Positions 12,936-26,398 of a stretch of 64,000 nucleotides of DNA are shown here, in pieces. Made by a program: the position numbers and the translations under genes. Each line of letters opens with the position of its first letter. Within the stretch, counting starts at the first letter, position 1. Source of the DNA: Eledone cirrhosa. Lineage: Eukaryota. The notes beneath the pieces are model-generated. The model was not told the DNA's origin. It saw only the letters and a list, made by a program, of their open reading frames with translations, and did not search any database. Location: assembly GCA_964016885.1 (NCBI GenBank), contig OZ024742.1:270692001-270756000 (forward strand), written 5' to 3'.

Positions 12936-14067
12936 TCAACCAGTGTAAGACAACTCAAAGGAGGGACACAAAATAAAAACCCAGTTACTGAGGAAATTAC
13001 AGATTGTGAGACGGAATACTTTTGGCAACATATAAAAACACCATGCGGTTTTTGAACCAACCAGCCAAAATGGAAATTTAAAATAAATTGATGTGCACAT
13101 CATCAGGTGCGTGAATTTTCATTGGCAGCATTACCCGCCAAATATAACAACATCCGTCTCAACACATGTTTGCAGATAAGAAACCTTGAAAACAAATTCA
13201 ATATATACATGTATATATATATATAGTGAGATAAGGAAAATATGTTTATTCAAAAATATTGACCAGCATTAAATATGGTTTAATATAGCTTATGTCAACA
13301 CCATAACATTCTACCCATCGAAACAGACACATATACACACACACATAACACCTGCTACTTTAGAAAATAAAAACCCGAACTAAATAAACCTTGACATACG
13401 TTTGCGCTGACAATACAACAGAACAAATACGAATAAGTAAGGAAAATATGTTCATTCAAAAATATTCTTACTAAAGGAATCTTTTTCCTACACACACAAT
13501 ATATATATATATTCTCTTCATCTTTAAATGCTAACCATACTCCCACACACATAACACGCATACACACACATAACAACCCCCACCCCCACACACATACAAC
13601 CCCCTCCCCTATTTCTACTAATAGAATCACTTTCCTACACACATATATACACACACAAAATATATATATTTTCTCCATCTTAACATACTGCCCCCCCCCC
13701 CCCCACACACATAAAACCCATATACACACACACACAACTGCCTCCCCCATTTCTACTAATAGAATCATCTTCCAATACACACACAAGCACACAAGCACAC
13801 AAATAAAAATACACATCATTACTTCCTTCAAAATTCAAACACTCATATATGAAAAAACAACGTGTGTCCCCCCCCACCCCCCACACACACTTGTTTCAAG
13901 AACTGTGTAACACGAACTGGTGCGAAATTTATTATAATTATCGACAAACCAATCAAATTACTTCTCTAAAAACCTGGCATTTCGAGTCACCTTTTTCCAT
14001 ATAAAACAAATAACATTCAGAGGCCAACCAGATGTGAGAAAAACCACAGGCCCTCCATCTCAACTCT

Positions 14068-14105
14068 ACTTTTGAAAAGCAGAAGAACTGCGAAACCGGT
14101 AGAGG
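14068..14105 (+). ncRNA. Minimal type I hammerhead, U3-A8 variant, in a PLE pLTR
   Basis: ctt-TTGAAAA-gcag aagaa ctgc-GAAACCGGTA-gagg. Confidence 0.78.
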
Positions 14106-14319
14106 GAACAAAGGAATATATATATTTAAAAAGAAATAAAACTCCAGTCGCATTTTCGATTTCATCTTTTTTTCTTTATACTTTCACTCGTATAGGACAC
14201 CTCGGTTATTTTTCATTTTTTATTTTTCAATTTCTTTCGTCAAACATATTTTTTTCTGTGACATCTGCAGTCATGTCCTCCTGTTGTGTTTGTAAAAAAA
14301 ACCTCACTTTCTAATATAT

Positions 14320-14490
14320 ACATATATTGTATTGCGAGGTTTTTGATATGAAATCGTGTGTCAAAACAAATATTGTTATACTTGGGGAGGGTCATATTAA
14401 CTGATAGAGAAGCGAAAACCAACCAAACTGTGAGTGTGTTCTGTTATTAATTCTGGCAATATTATTATAACAATATGACACTCCCCATAT
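14320..14490. repeat. Dispersed TA-anchored repeat family (atacttggggagggtcat...), here with an inverted segment
   Basis: Copies at 1-108, 14330-14398, 14412-14488 (inverted), 14725-14860, 16287-16370, 49722-49754, 51675-51740 and 63760-63806. Nearly all abut (TA)n. Confidence 0.8.
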
Positions 14491-14559
14491 ATATATATAT
14501 ATAATAAAGGATCGATTGACTTTCGTCTAATCGGACCGAGGAAACAATGTTTCCGTCTG

Positions 14560-14716
14560 TCTTTCCAGTTGCTAGTACTATCTATCGGTCACAACTCCAG
14601 GTAGAAGTAACAACGTGAAATAAAATGTCTTGCTCAAGGACATACATCGCCGGGTCCAGGAATCTATCTCACAACCTCAAGATTGTGAATCCAATTCTCC
14701 AACCACTGAGCCACAC
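14560..14716 (-). mobile_element. tRNA-derived SINE of a second family
   Basis: Minus strand gtgtggctcagtggtt (A box), a degenerate B box, then tgtccttgagcaagacatttt (CORE/V-type body). Confidence 0.7.
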
Positions 14717-15284
14717 GTTGGGTTGTATTTGTTTTGCAACGTTTTAGATATAAAATCCTGTGTTGAAACCGATATTTTTTATATTTGGGGAGGCAATTTT
14801 GTCCTAATATTGCCAACAATAACAATAAAATAGACTCAATATTTAGTTTGGTTTTCGCTTCTGTTCAGTATTTTTTTTTATTTCTGTAAATAATGTTGCT
14901 GCTTATCCTTTATTGATCAACAGTTAAAATTATATATGTATAAACGTAAATATAATTGCAAAACGTTTTTCAAATTTCTTTCGTCAAACATATTTTTTTC
15001 TGTGACATCTGCAGTCATGTCCTCCTGTTGTGTTTCTATAATGTTAATTTTTTTTATTTGTATCCTCTCTTTGCGCATGCATTTGTCTGCGTGTATTCTG
15101 TTTGGTGTATATTCGTGTATTCGTGTCTGAGTCTGCGTGTGCTTATCTGTGTATACTCTAGCTTTGGTAATTAGTGTGTGTTTGAATATTAAATTGGTAG
15201 AAAAGCCAGGAACTACAATAAAATTACTGACCAGTAAATCTTTCCTCTTTAAGAATACTCGCTATACATATAAGGAGAAATCCA

Positions 15285-15601
15285 CAAATAAATTGTAAAT
15301 ATAGGAACGTATGATTTAGCATAAGTTGTACTGAGAGAACCTGCATATATATGACAACGAGCTACATAGGAGAGAGAGCCCGTAGCATGGTAGAGCATAT
15401 AGATGAACACTGGTGTGAACTAAAAGGACAAAAAGACCATTCAGTACCATATGAACACGCCAAACTAAAAGCTTATGTTAAAATAGACAACATAGAAGTT
15501 AGAGTAATATGTAAACATATTAATGACTCGACACATAGACAAATTCGGGAGGTTACAGATTAGAATTACGAACACCTAGGCTGAACGGAAAATAAGAATG
15601 G

Positions 15602-15608
<7 letters not shown>
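15285..15608 (+). pseudogene. PLE GIY-YIG endonuclease relic (Penelope/Poseidon-like)
   Basis: NV*FSISC..TC....SYIGERARSMVEHIDEH...HSVPYEH...HRQIRE. Confidence 0.7.
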
Positions 15609-15682
<74 letters not shown>

Positions 15683-15835
15683 TAACGAAGGAAATGTGGT
15701 AAGGAACCAGGTGGACCATAACGCACCAAAGTACTCATTAATATGTAAACATATTAATGACTCGACACATAGACAAATTCGGGAGGTTACCGATTAGAAT
15801 TACGAACACCTAGGCTGAACGGAAAATAAGAATGG

Positions 15836-15901
<66 letters not shown>

Positions 15902-15953
15902 CGAAGGAAATGTGGTAAGGAACCAGGTGGACCATAACGCACCAAAGTACTCA
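15506..15953 (+). repeat. ~230-bp tandem duplication spanning a PLE/(TA)n/PLE junction
   Basis: 15506-15737 and 15739-15953 are near-identical apart from the (TA)n tract. Confidence 0.9.
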
Positions 15954-16082
15954 ATACTTGAGGTAGTAGAGTGGGTAATAGGAACCAGTAAGACCCCGAC
16001 AGCTGAGCTCAAGCCGTTTCGACGGCTAATTCTGGACGCCTTCGCGGATCTGCAGCTCGGGATGTATATCCCGATATACATC

Positions 16083-16122
16083 CCGAGCTGAAGATCCGCG
16101 AAGGTGAAACAATTGTTCTCGG
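16083..16122 (+). ncRNA. Minimal type I hammerhead, canonical core
   Basis: ccgag-CTGAAGA-tcc gcgaa ggt-GAAAC aatt GTT-ctcgg. Overlaps a 32-bp-stem palindrome at 16039-16104. Confidence 0.85.
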
Positions 16123-16216
16123 TATGGTGAACTAACTGCTGTGTAACCACTTCTGTCTAACTCGTCCCTTGGACTGAGTGCTCTACCACTACGGATATTA
16201 CCTTCCAGTGTTCCAC

Positions 16217-16292
<76 letters not shown>

Positions 16293-16588
16293 ATACTTGG
16301 GGAGGGTCATATTTGTGTAATATTGCTAGAATTAATAACAGTACACACTCACTGTTTGGTTGGTTTTCGCTGTTCGCTTCTGTGTCTTTTATATCGGTAA
16401 TCTAATTTACTCGGTCCTCAATGCTGCCATTGACTGACCGACGGTCAAAAATAACACAGATACAATATAGACACAAACACATATATATATATAGTTTATC
16501 ATAAATCTTTCGTTGCACATCTGCAACATCGTCAGTGGTGCTATTGTTTCCTCCCGTTGCATTGTATGTCTACGCCATTTTTATTCAG

Positions 16589-16670
<82 letters not shown>

Positions 16671-16789
16671 CGTGTGCGCGTATGTGTGGGTATGTGTGTG
16701 TGTGTGTGTATGTGTATACATATATATGAATATATAACTTTGGAAGTTTTCAAATAGTATTCGCATAGGTCATGATGTCGTACTCAATA

Positions 16790-18960
16790 GTACCACCTTG
16801 CCTACTCAATTACAGACATTACGGAGACATATTTGGGTGTAGAAGATGTATGAGGATGTTCTTGGGGGTATTGTCGAAAGTTGTTTTCAATTTCCTTGGA
16901 TTTTTTTGTCTATATATGTGTCTAGCTATGATGTTAATTTTAATGTTATTGTGGGCAGACGGCAAGAACACCAAGATGTAGGTGTTCCCTTTTTAAAGGT
17001 AATGCCAGCATCCTTTGGGAAATGCTGATGGAATATTTTCCACATCTTGCAGATAATATAGCGCTCAAGGCGGCATTGGAGAGAGTATATATTGCGATAT
17101 TTAGTGGACCCCAAATGTCAAGGCCTATCATGGCGTCTACATTTTTTTGCGATCGTAATTAGAGGTGCTTCAATTTCCATAATACATTGTTTCGTATGAG
17201 GAGTCCACATAGGGCATTAGTAATCAAGGTATGGCCGGGAAAATGTAGTGAAGAGAAGGATAATGGTGTGGATATCTCTCGACTGGAAAGTTCTTAGAAT
17301 CTAGGAAAACATCGTACGGGCCATATCAAATGTGTTGTTTATATGAGTAGCACAGTAGATAATGATATCTACAATTACGACCAGGTCTCTTATGTTGGAG
17401 GCCATATGAGTTTCACATGAGGGAATAGCATATAAGAGATTAAGTGGACCCTATTTTCCAAAGTGGATCAGCTCAATGTATCCTCTTTCTGGAACATGAT
17501 GTCTTTTACGCCAATTGGATAACAGCAAGTAGATCTCATTGAAGGCATGTCTGGTCCTCACTCCACTTCTGGAGGTTGGAGTCATCTGCAAAGATTCACA
17601 GGGTACAGTGCGTAATGACGTCGACAATGTCATTGATATAAATAATTAAGAGATGAAAGTACGGATTTTGGCTGGGCATGATGTACTCCGATTACAAAAT
17701 GTTGGGCTTTGTTTGTCGTGAAAAACTTGATACCTCTCCTAAAGTGATGCAGGCGCTGCATTATGCCTTCCAATCCATTACGCAACCCATGTTGGTTGGA
17801 TTTCAGCAGATTGATATTTTCAAGATAGTGAGTTATTCATGATCTCACTACCTTCGCAACTACCTTGATTATATGAAAAAGAGTGAGATCTGATGGTAAT
17901 TCGCTGCAAGGGTTTTGTTTATTTTTTTGAAAGCTGGGACAAGAGACTGGGCCAGAAGTCTTTGAGGTATTTAACCAACGTCCAGTGTATTTCTTCACAA
18001 ATTAACTAGAAGAGATCCATGTTGGTGTCGACACATTTTCAGGATACTCGAAGGGAACCTATCAGAGCCTGATGCTGAGTTATATTTAATTTCGTTTATA
18101 GCCATCAGGTGCACCTAACATTATGTTACATTTAGTGTATTAGGGATGAACATCAATGATACAGCGCAGATTAGCCATATCTGGATTGCTGAACACAGAG
18201 CACTATTGTTTCTGCAGTATCACTCCCAAAGTTTAACATTGTCTTGGAGAGTGTCATGTTCATCATGGGCCAAAAGTTGAAAAATGACCTTGTTTTTCGT
18301 CGCAAATGAAAACACATCTTTTGGATACAGTTTGTTTTTCTCAATTGCCCATTTCTCACCACCTGTTCTTTGGTTATTGATGATGGTTCCCATAAAGTGT
18401 TGGAGACTGTATTGTTTCTGAATATAGCAGTGCAAGTGCAGTCGAACATGCGTGTTGCTGTTGGATGTATTTTAATTTGTGGAATATTTTGTTTATTACT
18501 ATTTTTTTCCGAAAATAGTATTTTCTGTTTTGGGGTATTCTGCACTTAGTTTTGATCACAGATCTTCATGGGTTATGTTTTGCAAATATGCTTGTAACGA
18601 TGTCTAAACCGGTCTGCCAGGATGTTTTCATGTTGGTGAGATGTGTGCGTGTCACTTAATGATATTGAGACATTATTTAAAAGCACTGTATGGGCGTTTA
18701 GACTGGCGTATAGAGCCCAACTACTATCATGTCATTGGTTTGTTGCGCACGGTGACTGATTCACAGTAGCCTTTGGAGAATATGATAGTTCCGTCCGTCG
18801 TAAATGAATCATGCAGGAAAATGTCAGTTCCTCCCTTGTTTCTGTCAACACGATGCGAGCGGATGGTTGTAAAATTCTTTACATTCCTTTCGGCTTCCAA
18901 GTGAAAGATGTCGAGATGGATCGTAGTTACGATGAAGAAAAGGATGTTCTGTGGATGATT
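16790..18960 (-). mobile_element. Decayed APE-RT LINE (CR1/L2/Jockey group)
   Basis: Minus strand HRVDRNKGG (APE), SASGSD, NYHQISL, QHGLR, IIYINDIVDVI..IFADD, SLQCRLERYIICKMWKI, with many stops. Confidence 0.82.
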
Positions 18961-19753
18961 ATCAAACCCAATCCTCAATGAAATGGTCCTCCATTGTTGT
19001 GTATTGAGTAAAAATGCTGAGGATTGAATAGTGGCAGATGTTAACTGTTTCAGCGGTTTTGATTGTATTTGCTTGTTAGTTACAGCGATGGGCGAGTTGG
19101 TGAACTGGAGTAAAAGCAGAGGATGGTGATGTGTGATAGCTACAAGTGTTTTTGGTATCTTTTTTGCCAGCTTCAGCATAGCTAAAAAAATATTTTCTTG
19201 TTTAAGGAACAATTGTTGACTGGGGTCGTTGTACTGACAGATAAGGTTAGAGTTTCCACGTATGGTTGTGTTATGGAAACTTTGTAAAATGTTTACAGAA
19301 GCACGGGGTGATTTTACTGCGGGTTAGGTCCTGTATTGGAGCACCATTTCTCTTAGTGCGCCGAGTCACTGGAATGAGAAGGAAGGAGCAGTCATGAAGA
19401 AGACATAATCTCTCCCGTTGGGAATACCGGCAGATTTAACTGTTTTAGAATTTGATTTAATTTTTGGCAGTTTTGATGATGTTGTACGATGTATAAATAT
19501 AAATAAATATATATCTATATATATTGATTTCATGTATATGGATTTATCTTTGCCAGTTGATGTGACTGCTTATTTTAGTATATGCGCATGGTCGAGTCTG
19601 TATATGTTTGTTTATTTATTTTTACTTATTTTTATAATTATGTGTGTGTGTGTATATATATATATGTATGTATGTGTTTATATATGTATATGTGTGTGTT
19701 TGTGTGTTTATGTGTATGTGTATGTATGTTTATATATATATATACACACACAC

Positions 19754-19801
<48 letters not shown>

Positions 19802-20015
19802 TTATATAGTTATATATTTATATATATTTATAATCTTGTTTTTCTTCTTCCCTCAGCCTCACTATCATATTTCCTATATTTTTGTTTTCAAATCCACATT
19901 CAATAAAAACACGAGGATTGTTTCATTCTAACGACTGAAAGCAGATATGTATGCTTTCAAGAAACCACTGGTAAATGAAATAATTATCTTATGTATATTC
20001 CGACGGAATTACTTC

Positions 20016-20119
<104 letters not shown>

Positions 20120-20433
20120 TGTAACAACGATCAAATTTTAGTTTAGAACATTTATTTGCTGACAGATGTTTCTTCCAGAGGGAGGTCTGGAATGATCGGA
20201 GGATATGGAGTGTTACTAAATTCCTACCCATTTAGAACATTTAGGGTACATAATTGTTGTTAAAGTCAAAGGTAACATTTGGAGAGTTGTAAGTTAAAAA
20301 GATGCTCTGCTTGAAAGAACACAATTACAAGCAGCAATGGTTGAACGTGTAAAATGTAGAAGTGGGAAGCACAAGCAAAATAATATACAGGCAAAAAAAA
20401 ATATACATATATATTTATATATATATATATTTA

Positions 20434-20512
<79 letters not shown>

Positions 20513-20665
20513 GCGTACTATTTATGGTTATGTATATACTAAAACGTTTTTGTAGTTATGTATATTTTAAACCCTAAACAGTGAAGGTCAGTAATTTATT
20601 ACTACCTTATTACCAGTATGATAAATAACTCAATGTATTAACATCAGTTGTTCTACAGAGCAGTT

Positions 20666-21438
20666 ATATAGAATTCAAAAGAAACAAAGCTATGTTCAAA
20701 GCATTTATTCACTTACAATTGTTTCATCCAAACCTAGACTTGGAATCTTCGGGGCATTTTTCAATGTTTTTGTACACATAATTGACCTCCTTTCCAACCG
20801 AAGAGAAATACAGATACATATATATATATATATTAATGTACAGCGGAGTGACACATATTATACTATATTATTTCTATATAGCAATTCAAATTCAAGATCA
20901 AAATCAAAATTAAAATTAAAATTAAAACAAAATTGAAACAAAATTAAAATACATTCGGCAGTTAACACAGATAATGCAAGAGGATAGTTTGTTAGTCAGA
21001 TGTAGTAGTTAGTTAAAGTGCTTGTATTACTTGTAACAACCTGCCACACAATAATCATATATACATGAGGCACACTTGCATGCTCCACGTGTAACTAACG
21101 CAACAACTAACTACTACATCTGACTAACAAACTATCCTCTTGCCTTATCTCTGTTAACTGCAGAATGTATTTTAATTTTGTTTTAATTTTGTTTTAATTT
21201 TAATTTTGATTTTGAATTTGAATTGCTATACAGAACTAATATAGTATAATATATGTCACTCCACTGTACATCAATATATATATATATGTATCTGTATGTC
21301 TCTTGCGTTGGAAAGGAGGTAAATTATGTGTACAAACATTGAACAATGCTCCGAAGACTCCAAGCCTAGGTTTGGATGAAACAATTGTAAGCGAATAAAT
21401 GCTTTGAACACAGCTTTGATTCTTGTGAATTCTATATA
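20666..21438. mobile_element. Non-coding fold-back element with ~340-bp arms, each carrying a C4-variant hammerhead (20710-20756 minus, 21347-21393 plus)
   Basis: 20666-21014 is inverted relative to 21105-21438. Motif gct-CCGAAGA-ctccaagcc ta ggtttggat-GAAAC aatt GTA-agc. Confidence 0.88.
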
Positions 21439-21446
21439 TATATATA

Positions 21447-21508
<62 letters not shown>

Positions 21509-21604
21509 TTAGAAATTATAAGCTTTCACCGTATTTTAGACTAAAGAAATTTCTAGCCTGATAGTGGGGTTTATACCCCTCGGAGAAATGGAAAAAGATG
21601 AGTG

Positions 21605-21662
21605 TTGCCGTACATGGGAGTCGAACCCACATCTTTGGTTATTCAGACCAATGTGCTACCAT
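21605..21662 (-). mobile_element. tRNA-like SINE head or tRNA fragment lacking the 5' acceptor strand
   Basis: Minus strand tggtagcaca-ttggt ctgaata accaa-agat-gtggg ttcgact cccat-gtacggca, with clear anticodon and T arms. Confidence 0.65.
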
Positions 21663-21666
21663 ATAT

Positions 21667-22134
21667 ATAAAGAATGAATAATAGCAGGTAGACATCATAA
21701 AAAGGTAATTTATTCTGTGTGCTTACAAATGTTTCCTAGGTGATTATACAGCTTAGTTATGCTCTGTGCAAATTTATAACTATTTGCAAAACTCAATTAT
21801 CAAATGCTGTGACCACTGTATCATCAGAGCAGAATGGTTAACATGTACAATGTAAATACCCTGAAGTGAGGTTATTGGGGAAGATAGAGTAGAAAAGGTA
21901 GAGAGAAAAGAAGGGAGACGGAGAGAGAGAGAGAGAGATATTCAGGAGTTGGAGAAATGAGAGAGAGTGGTTTGTAGATATTTTAATCAAAATGTTGTGG
22001 TAGGGGTTTTATTATACTGGTTACTCTTAAAGCGACCACCTTAAGCGATGCGTTGATAGTCAAGGTTGGAATTATTTATTGCCACAGAGGGCAGGTTCAT
22101 AGATGTGGAGAGGAAGGGAGGTGGACCTAAGGCG

Positions 22135-22229
<95 letters not shown>

Positions 22230-23017
22230 AGGGGGTGGATAGAGAGGGGACAGACGAAAGCTATGGGAAGGGTGTACATTGAATTCATAGAATTCATAGT
22301 ATTCATTGAAATGGGATATACTTTCCAGCGCTAGTGCATATCGGAGTGGATTGGAGTACTGTAGGTTATGTAACCTTGAACTCTTTTACATCTTAAAATC
22401 CCAAAACAAATTACTAAATGATAGAATCGAACCATCATTATACTGCAACCACAAACTGAAGGCTAAATTCTCTTACTATCAAATAACTTCGAACCCGTAA
22501 CTATAGCAGTGCTTTCTAGTTAACCACTTTCTCTTCCCCCACAGGAAACTTAGTGCAATTTGTAGACTACTGCTCTGAATTCAATGTACACCATTCCCAT
22601 AACTTTCGTCAGTCCCCTCTCTCTCTCTCTCCCTCTCCCCTTCTTTTCCCTCTTCCTTTTCTACTCTACATTCCCCAATAACCTCACTTCAGGGTATTTA
22701 CATTATACATTTTGACCATTCTGCTCTGATGATACAGTGGTCACAGCATTTGATAATTGAGTTTTGCAAATAGTTATAAATTTGCACATAGCATAACTAG
22801 GCTATCGTGGAAACATTTGTAAGCACACAGAATAAATTATCTTTTTATGATCTCTACCTGGTATTATTCATTCTTTATCTACACTCCGGAATACAGAAGG
22901 ATCAGGAACTGAGTTTCTTCAACTATTCTCCAATAACTCGTAGAGTAACCTCTCACCGTACGTCAACTCTATCCAGTGTAGAAATTAACCATTACTGCAT
23001 CTAGGATAATCATATAC

Positions 23018-23020
<3 letters not shown>
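21667..23020 (+). mobile_element. Short 5'-truncated Naiad-like PLE with an inverted pLTR; HHRs at 22722-22825 (+) and 21720-21831 (-)
   Basis: 22306-22500 encodes KWDIL..A..Y..CRLCNLE..LLN..CNH. 21667-22287 is inverted relative to 22575-22878. Motif tgct-CTGATGA-(77 nt)-GAAAC attt GTA-agca. Confidence 0.88.
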
Positions 23021-23049
<29 letters not shown>

Positions 23050-23052
<3 letters not shown>

Positions 23053-23412
23053 GAAGATAATACATCATTATATGGTGCGGGGAGAACATTGCACGCAAAA
23101 ACAAAACCACGTAAAAGGTATAACTGAAGTCGTAGACTAAAGTTCCGACTAGGAAACCGAATGATTCTCGGCTTCAGAGTTAAGAATAAAGTAAATAACA
23201 TACAGAGGTAATTGAAATTAAATAAATACATACACGGATGCATATACGTGCATACACAAACATAAGCTAAACCAATCGCCATAGGTATACACATACACGC
23301 ACGTACAAAAAAAAACAAAAAACCGCACGCACATACAGAACCCACGCAACGCCTGTACCCGCACATATACGAATGTATACACCAAATACACATAAAAATA
23401 TATTAAAAAAAA

Positions 23413-23443
<31 letters not shown>

Positions 23444-25920
23444 CGTGTATACATATAATTAAATAAACGTATATAAATAAATAAATACGGTTATAACACG
23501 CGCACACACATACCTACATGTAAATACACATATTGTCGGAGACGTACGTCAACCAAAACACAAAGTACACATATACACACACCCTACATACGTACGAACC
23601 CTCATACTCACACAGACGCAAAACTCGCGTATACACATAACCAAATGCATATGTACCAGAATATATAATATATACGCCATAACATATACAATCAAATATA
23701 CGTACGAGAAAGTATACGTATCTTCCCAAAACATACAGGTAATATATACTTACCTATACAAATAATTAATGGTATAAACATAACATATACTTAGCTACCA
23801 CATCAATACATAAAATATCCGCGTATAATTCGTACTATCCGTCAGGGTATAATGTGGGGCTGTAATACAAGAAAGTGTTGAGCAATTTATGTTTACAAGC
23901 CAAAATTGCCTCTGATTTTTTGTTTAAGATGTGGTCTATGGAGTATTTCCAGGGCCTCAGCGGCGCAGAGGTCACCTGGTCTTGTATTTCCGTTATACGA
24001 TCTAGCCCTAGCTAGGATCTCCCAGTGTAACTTATATTGGGGGTGGTTGTCTTTTAGACTCCAGATATAAGCTGAAAGTGACGTTATATTCCTTCTTAAA
24101 GGGTCAAGAAAAGAATGGGTATGCATGTAAAGAGGCTGCTTGAATCTATTTGCCGCAACGCTATGTAGGCCCTACGGGACGTGGGTGTTTCAACCTTACA
24201 TTTGTAGACAATGTTACTAGAGAGGCATTTCCCGGATAGTGGGCAGTCAACCCGATTCCTACAATTACAGTTAGTACCAGCTACAGGGTTGCACGTGTTC
24301 CTACGTCTAGGTAGTTTAGCTAAATTTGAAGCTGTGATGTTATGTGCAAGATTAGGAGTCGTAGAGTAAGAAATTTGAATGGTATTTCTATTAACAATTT
24401 TACTATATATATGTTTTGGGGGAAAATGCTTCATAATTAGGGAGAGAAAGATTTTAGCTAATGGTATATTATATGGTGGGTTATACCATATAATTCGTCG
24501 GGATCTATTTTTTCAAGGTCTATTCTCGTACTCTGTATATGCTACCTTTTTGACAAATCCACTCCGAGCAAGAGCTTCATTGTAATATGTGGAATGGTCG
24601 TTGAAATTATGCTCGTTAGTAGATAGACGTGAAAGCCTGAAAGAAACGTTTCTTACTAGGTTCTTGGTTATGCTGGCAGGATGGTTAGAATGCTTACTTA
24701 TCTAATTAAGCGTATCATTCGGCTTTCTATACGGGTAGTGCAAGCCATTCAACAAATTGAGGGTAACGTCGAGGTAATTACCGACCGAGAAGTTGGCTTC
24801 AACCTGTATGGAGAGGTTGAAGCCTTTAAAGAAGGGTGTCAGTTCTTTTCTGAACCTGTCGCAAGCACGTGGGCCGCAGTTTTTCATGGTCAAAAGACCA
24901 TCATCACAATACAAACTAGCGCACATGTTGGGAATACTTCCTTGATAGAGAAAAGAAGGAAAAGGCCGATATGATCAGTAACCTCCGCAGAATCGCTGGC
25001 GCCCATACTCACTACGAATGGGGTACTATTAGACTTTTTAATCCAAATAGAGTCGTCGAAATTAATCCCCGACTTACGGGCATTGAAGATGACATCAATT
25101 TCGAAATCCTTAACCACTGTGCGTGTTTTAGCGAAATTGATAGCTCTAAGGAGAAGTGGTAAAGTGATGGAGGAGTAGTAATTGTTGATGTCGAATTGGA
25201 TAAAACGGCAATGTTCCTTGTTGCATATGCCGTTGAACCAATCAATCACCGCGAAAGAATTGTTCCACAGTGCAAGAGGGGCCAAACTTCTAATTTCAGG
25301 TATCATTCTATCTAAACTCCTTTTACTAAGTCTACCTAAATCGGTCTTCGTAGGGTTAATAAGCCGAATAGAGGGGTTGTTCGGTAAATTGGATTTGTGA
25401 TCTCTCAGGGTAAAGTGGGGAGAAACAGGGTCCAGAAGTTCAGCTCGGTCCAGAATGTTGAGATCAGAGGTGATTTTAAACCCAGCATCGTTGATTTCAT
25501 TAATGACGCTCCGATTAGCTTTACAGTAAACCTTAGTTCCAGAATGATATAGCAGTTGATGGTAAGTACTGCGCTCCACTTGATATAGATTGCCAGTTTT
25601 GTCGGAATGGACGTGCACGGTATTAGAATCCTCAATAGAACGAATTCTATTCTTCAGGTATGAGTTCCAAGACCTCATTTTCGAAAGGTGGCATTGCTGG
25701 GATACTCGGGGGGTTATTATAGGTTTTAATCCAAAATGTATCCTGTCTGTTGTCTGCTTTTCCCTGATTATCGAAATAAAAGGTACGCCAACGCAACATT
25801 TTAATGAACGCGTCTGTTTTCTGTATCAGGAGTTTTAGATATGTTTTCCTGCTTGGTACGGGTATGTTCTTTGTAGAACATTCAGATATTGTTTCTGCAT
25901 GATGAATATAAATCAATAGA
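23050..25920 (-). mobile_element. Near full-length, frameshifted Naiad-like PLE
   Basis: STKNIPVPS..LRWRTF, HSDKTGNLY, IRLINPTKTDLG, FIQFDINNYYSSI, SMGASDSAEVTD, LYCDDGL, NYLDVTLNL, CNCRNRVDCPLSGKC, IVYKC..YIA across ORFs 23893-25916. Confidence 0.92.
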
Positions 25921-26171
25921 GTGCTCAGCCGAGGGAGCCAAATAATAATAATAAATTGAAATATTTACTTCTGCGTTCACAGATTGACTTTTTTAGTTTC
26001 AGAATATCCCGTTAATGGTGAAAGCAGCGATTCTTTGCTTAAACTTTAATCTGTTATTTTAATAAATATTTGCTCTACGGTTCTTATATATTTGATATAT
26101 ATTTTTCCTTATCGAGCCCTCTTTGAATTTTAGTCTTCTAATTTATTATTATTACCATTATATATATATAT

Positions 26172-26361
26172 AGTGGTGAATTGGCAGCATCGGTAGATGG
26201 TTGGACGTCATGCTTTCTAGCATAGTTACGTCCCATTATAGTCTGAGTTCAAATCCCGCCGAGGTTAACTTTGCCTTTCATCGTTACGGGGTCGATAACA
26301 TAAAGTACTAGTAATGTACTGGGTAATTGCTGGCCTTGTGCCTAAAGTAGAAACAATTACC

Positions 26362-26365
<4 letters not shown>
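26172..26365 (+). mobile_element. Full-length tRNA-derived SINE (Meta-domain/Octopus OR-like)
   Basis: A box tggcagcatcggtag, B box gagttcaaatcc, core gcctttcatc..ggggtcgataa..aagtac, and a tail ending at (TA)n. The family name is from recall. Confidence 0.82.

Positions 26366-26398
<33 letters not shown>

Noticed and set aside
13430-13810. Repeated cccctatttctactaatagaatc units and ORF 13355-13831
   Set aside because: This is a low-complexity minisatellite in a PLE-type 3' region with no protein motif.
21605-21662. Functional tRNA gene (loop reads GAA)
   Set aside because: The 5' acceptor strand and part of the D arm are replaced by TA repeat, so it is a SINE head or pseudogene.
23133-23182. 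Degenerate HHR-like motifs at 23133(-), 6245(-), 47085(-), 50000(-) and 62787
   Set aside because: They lie at plausible pLTR positions but have too many core changes to call.
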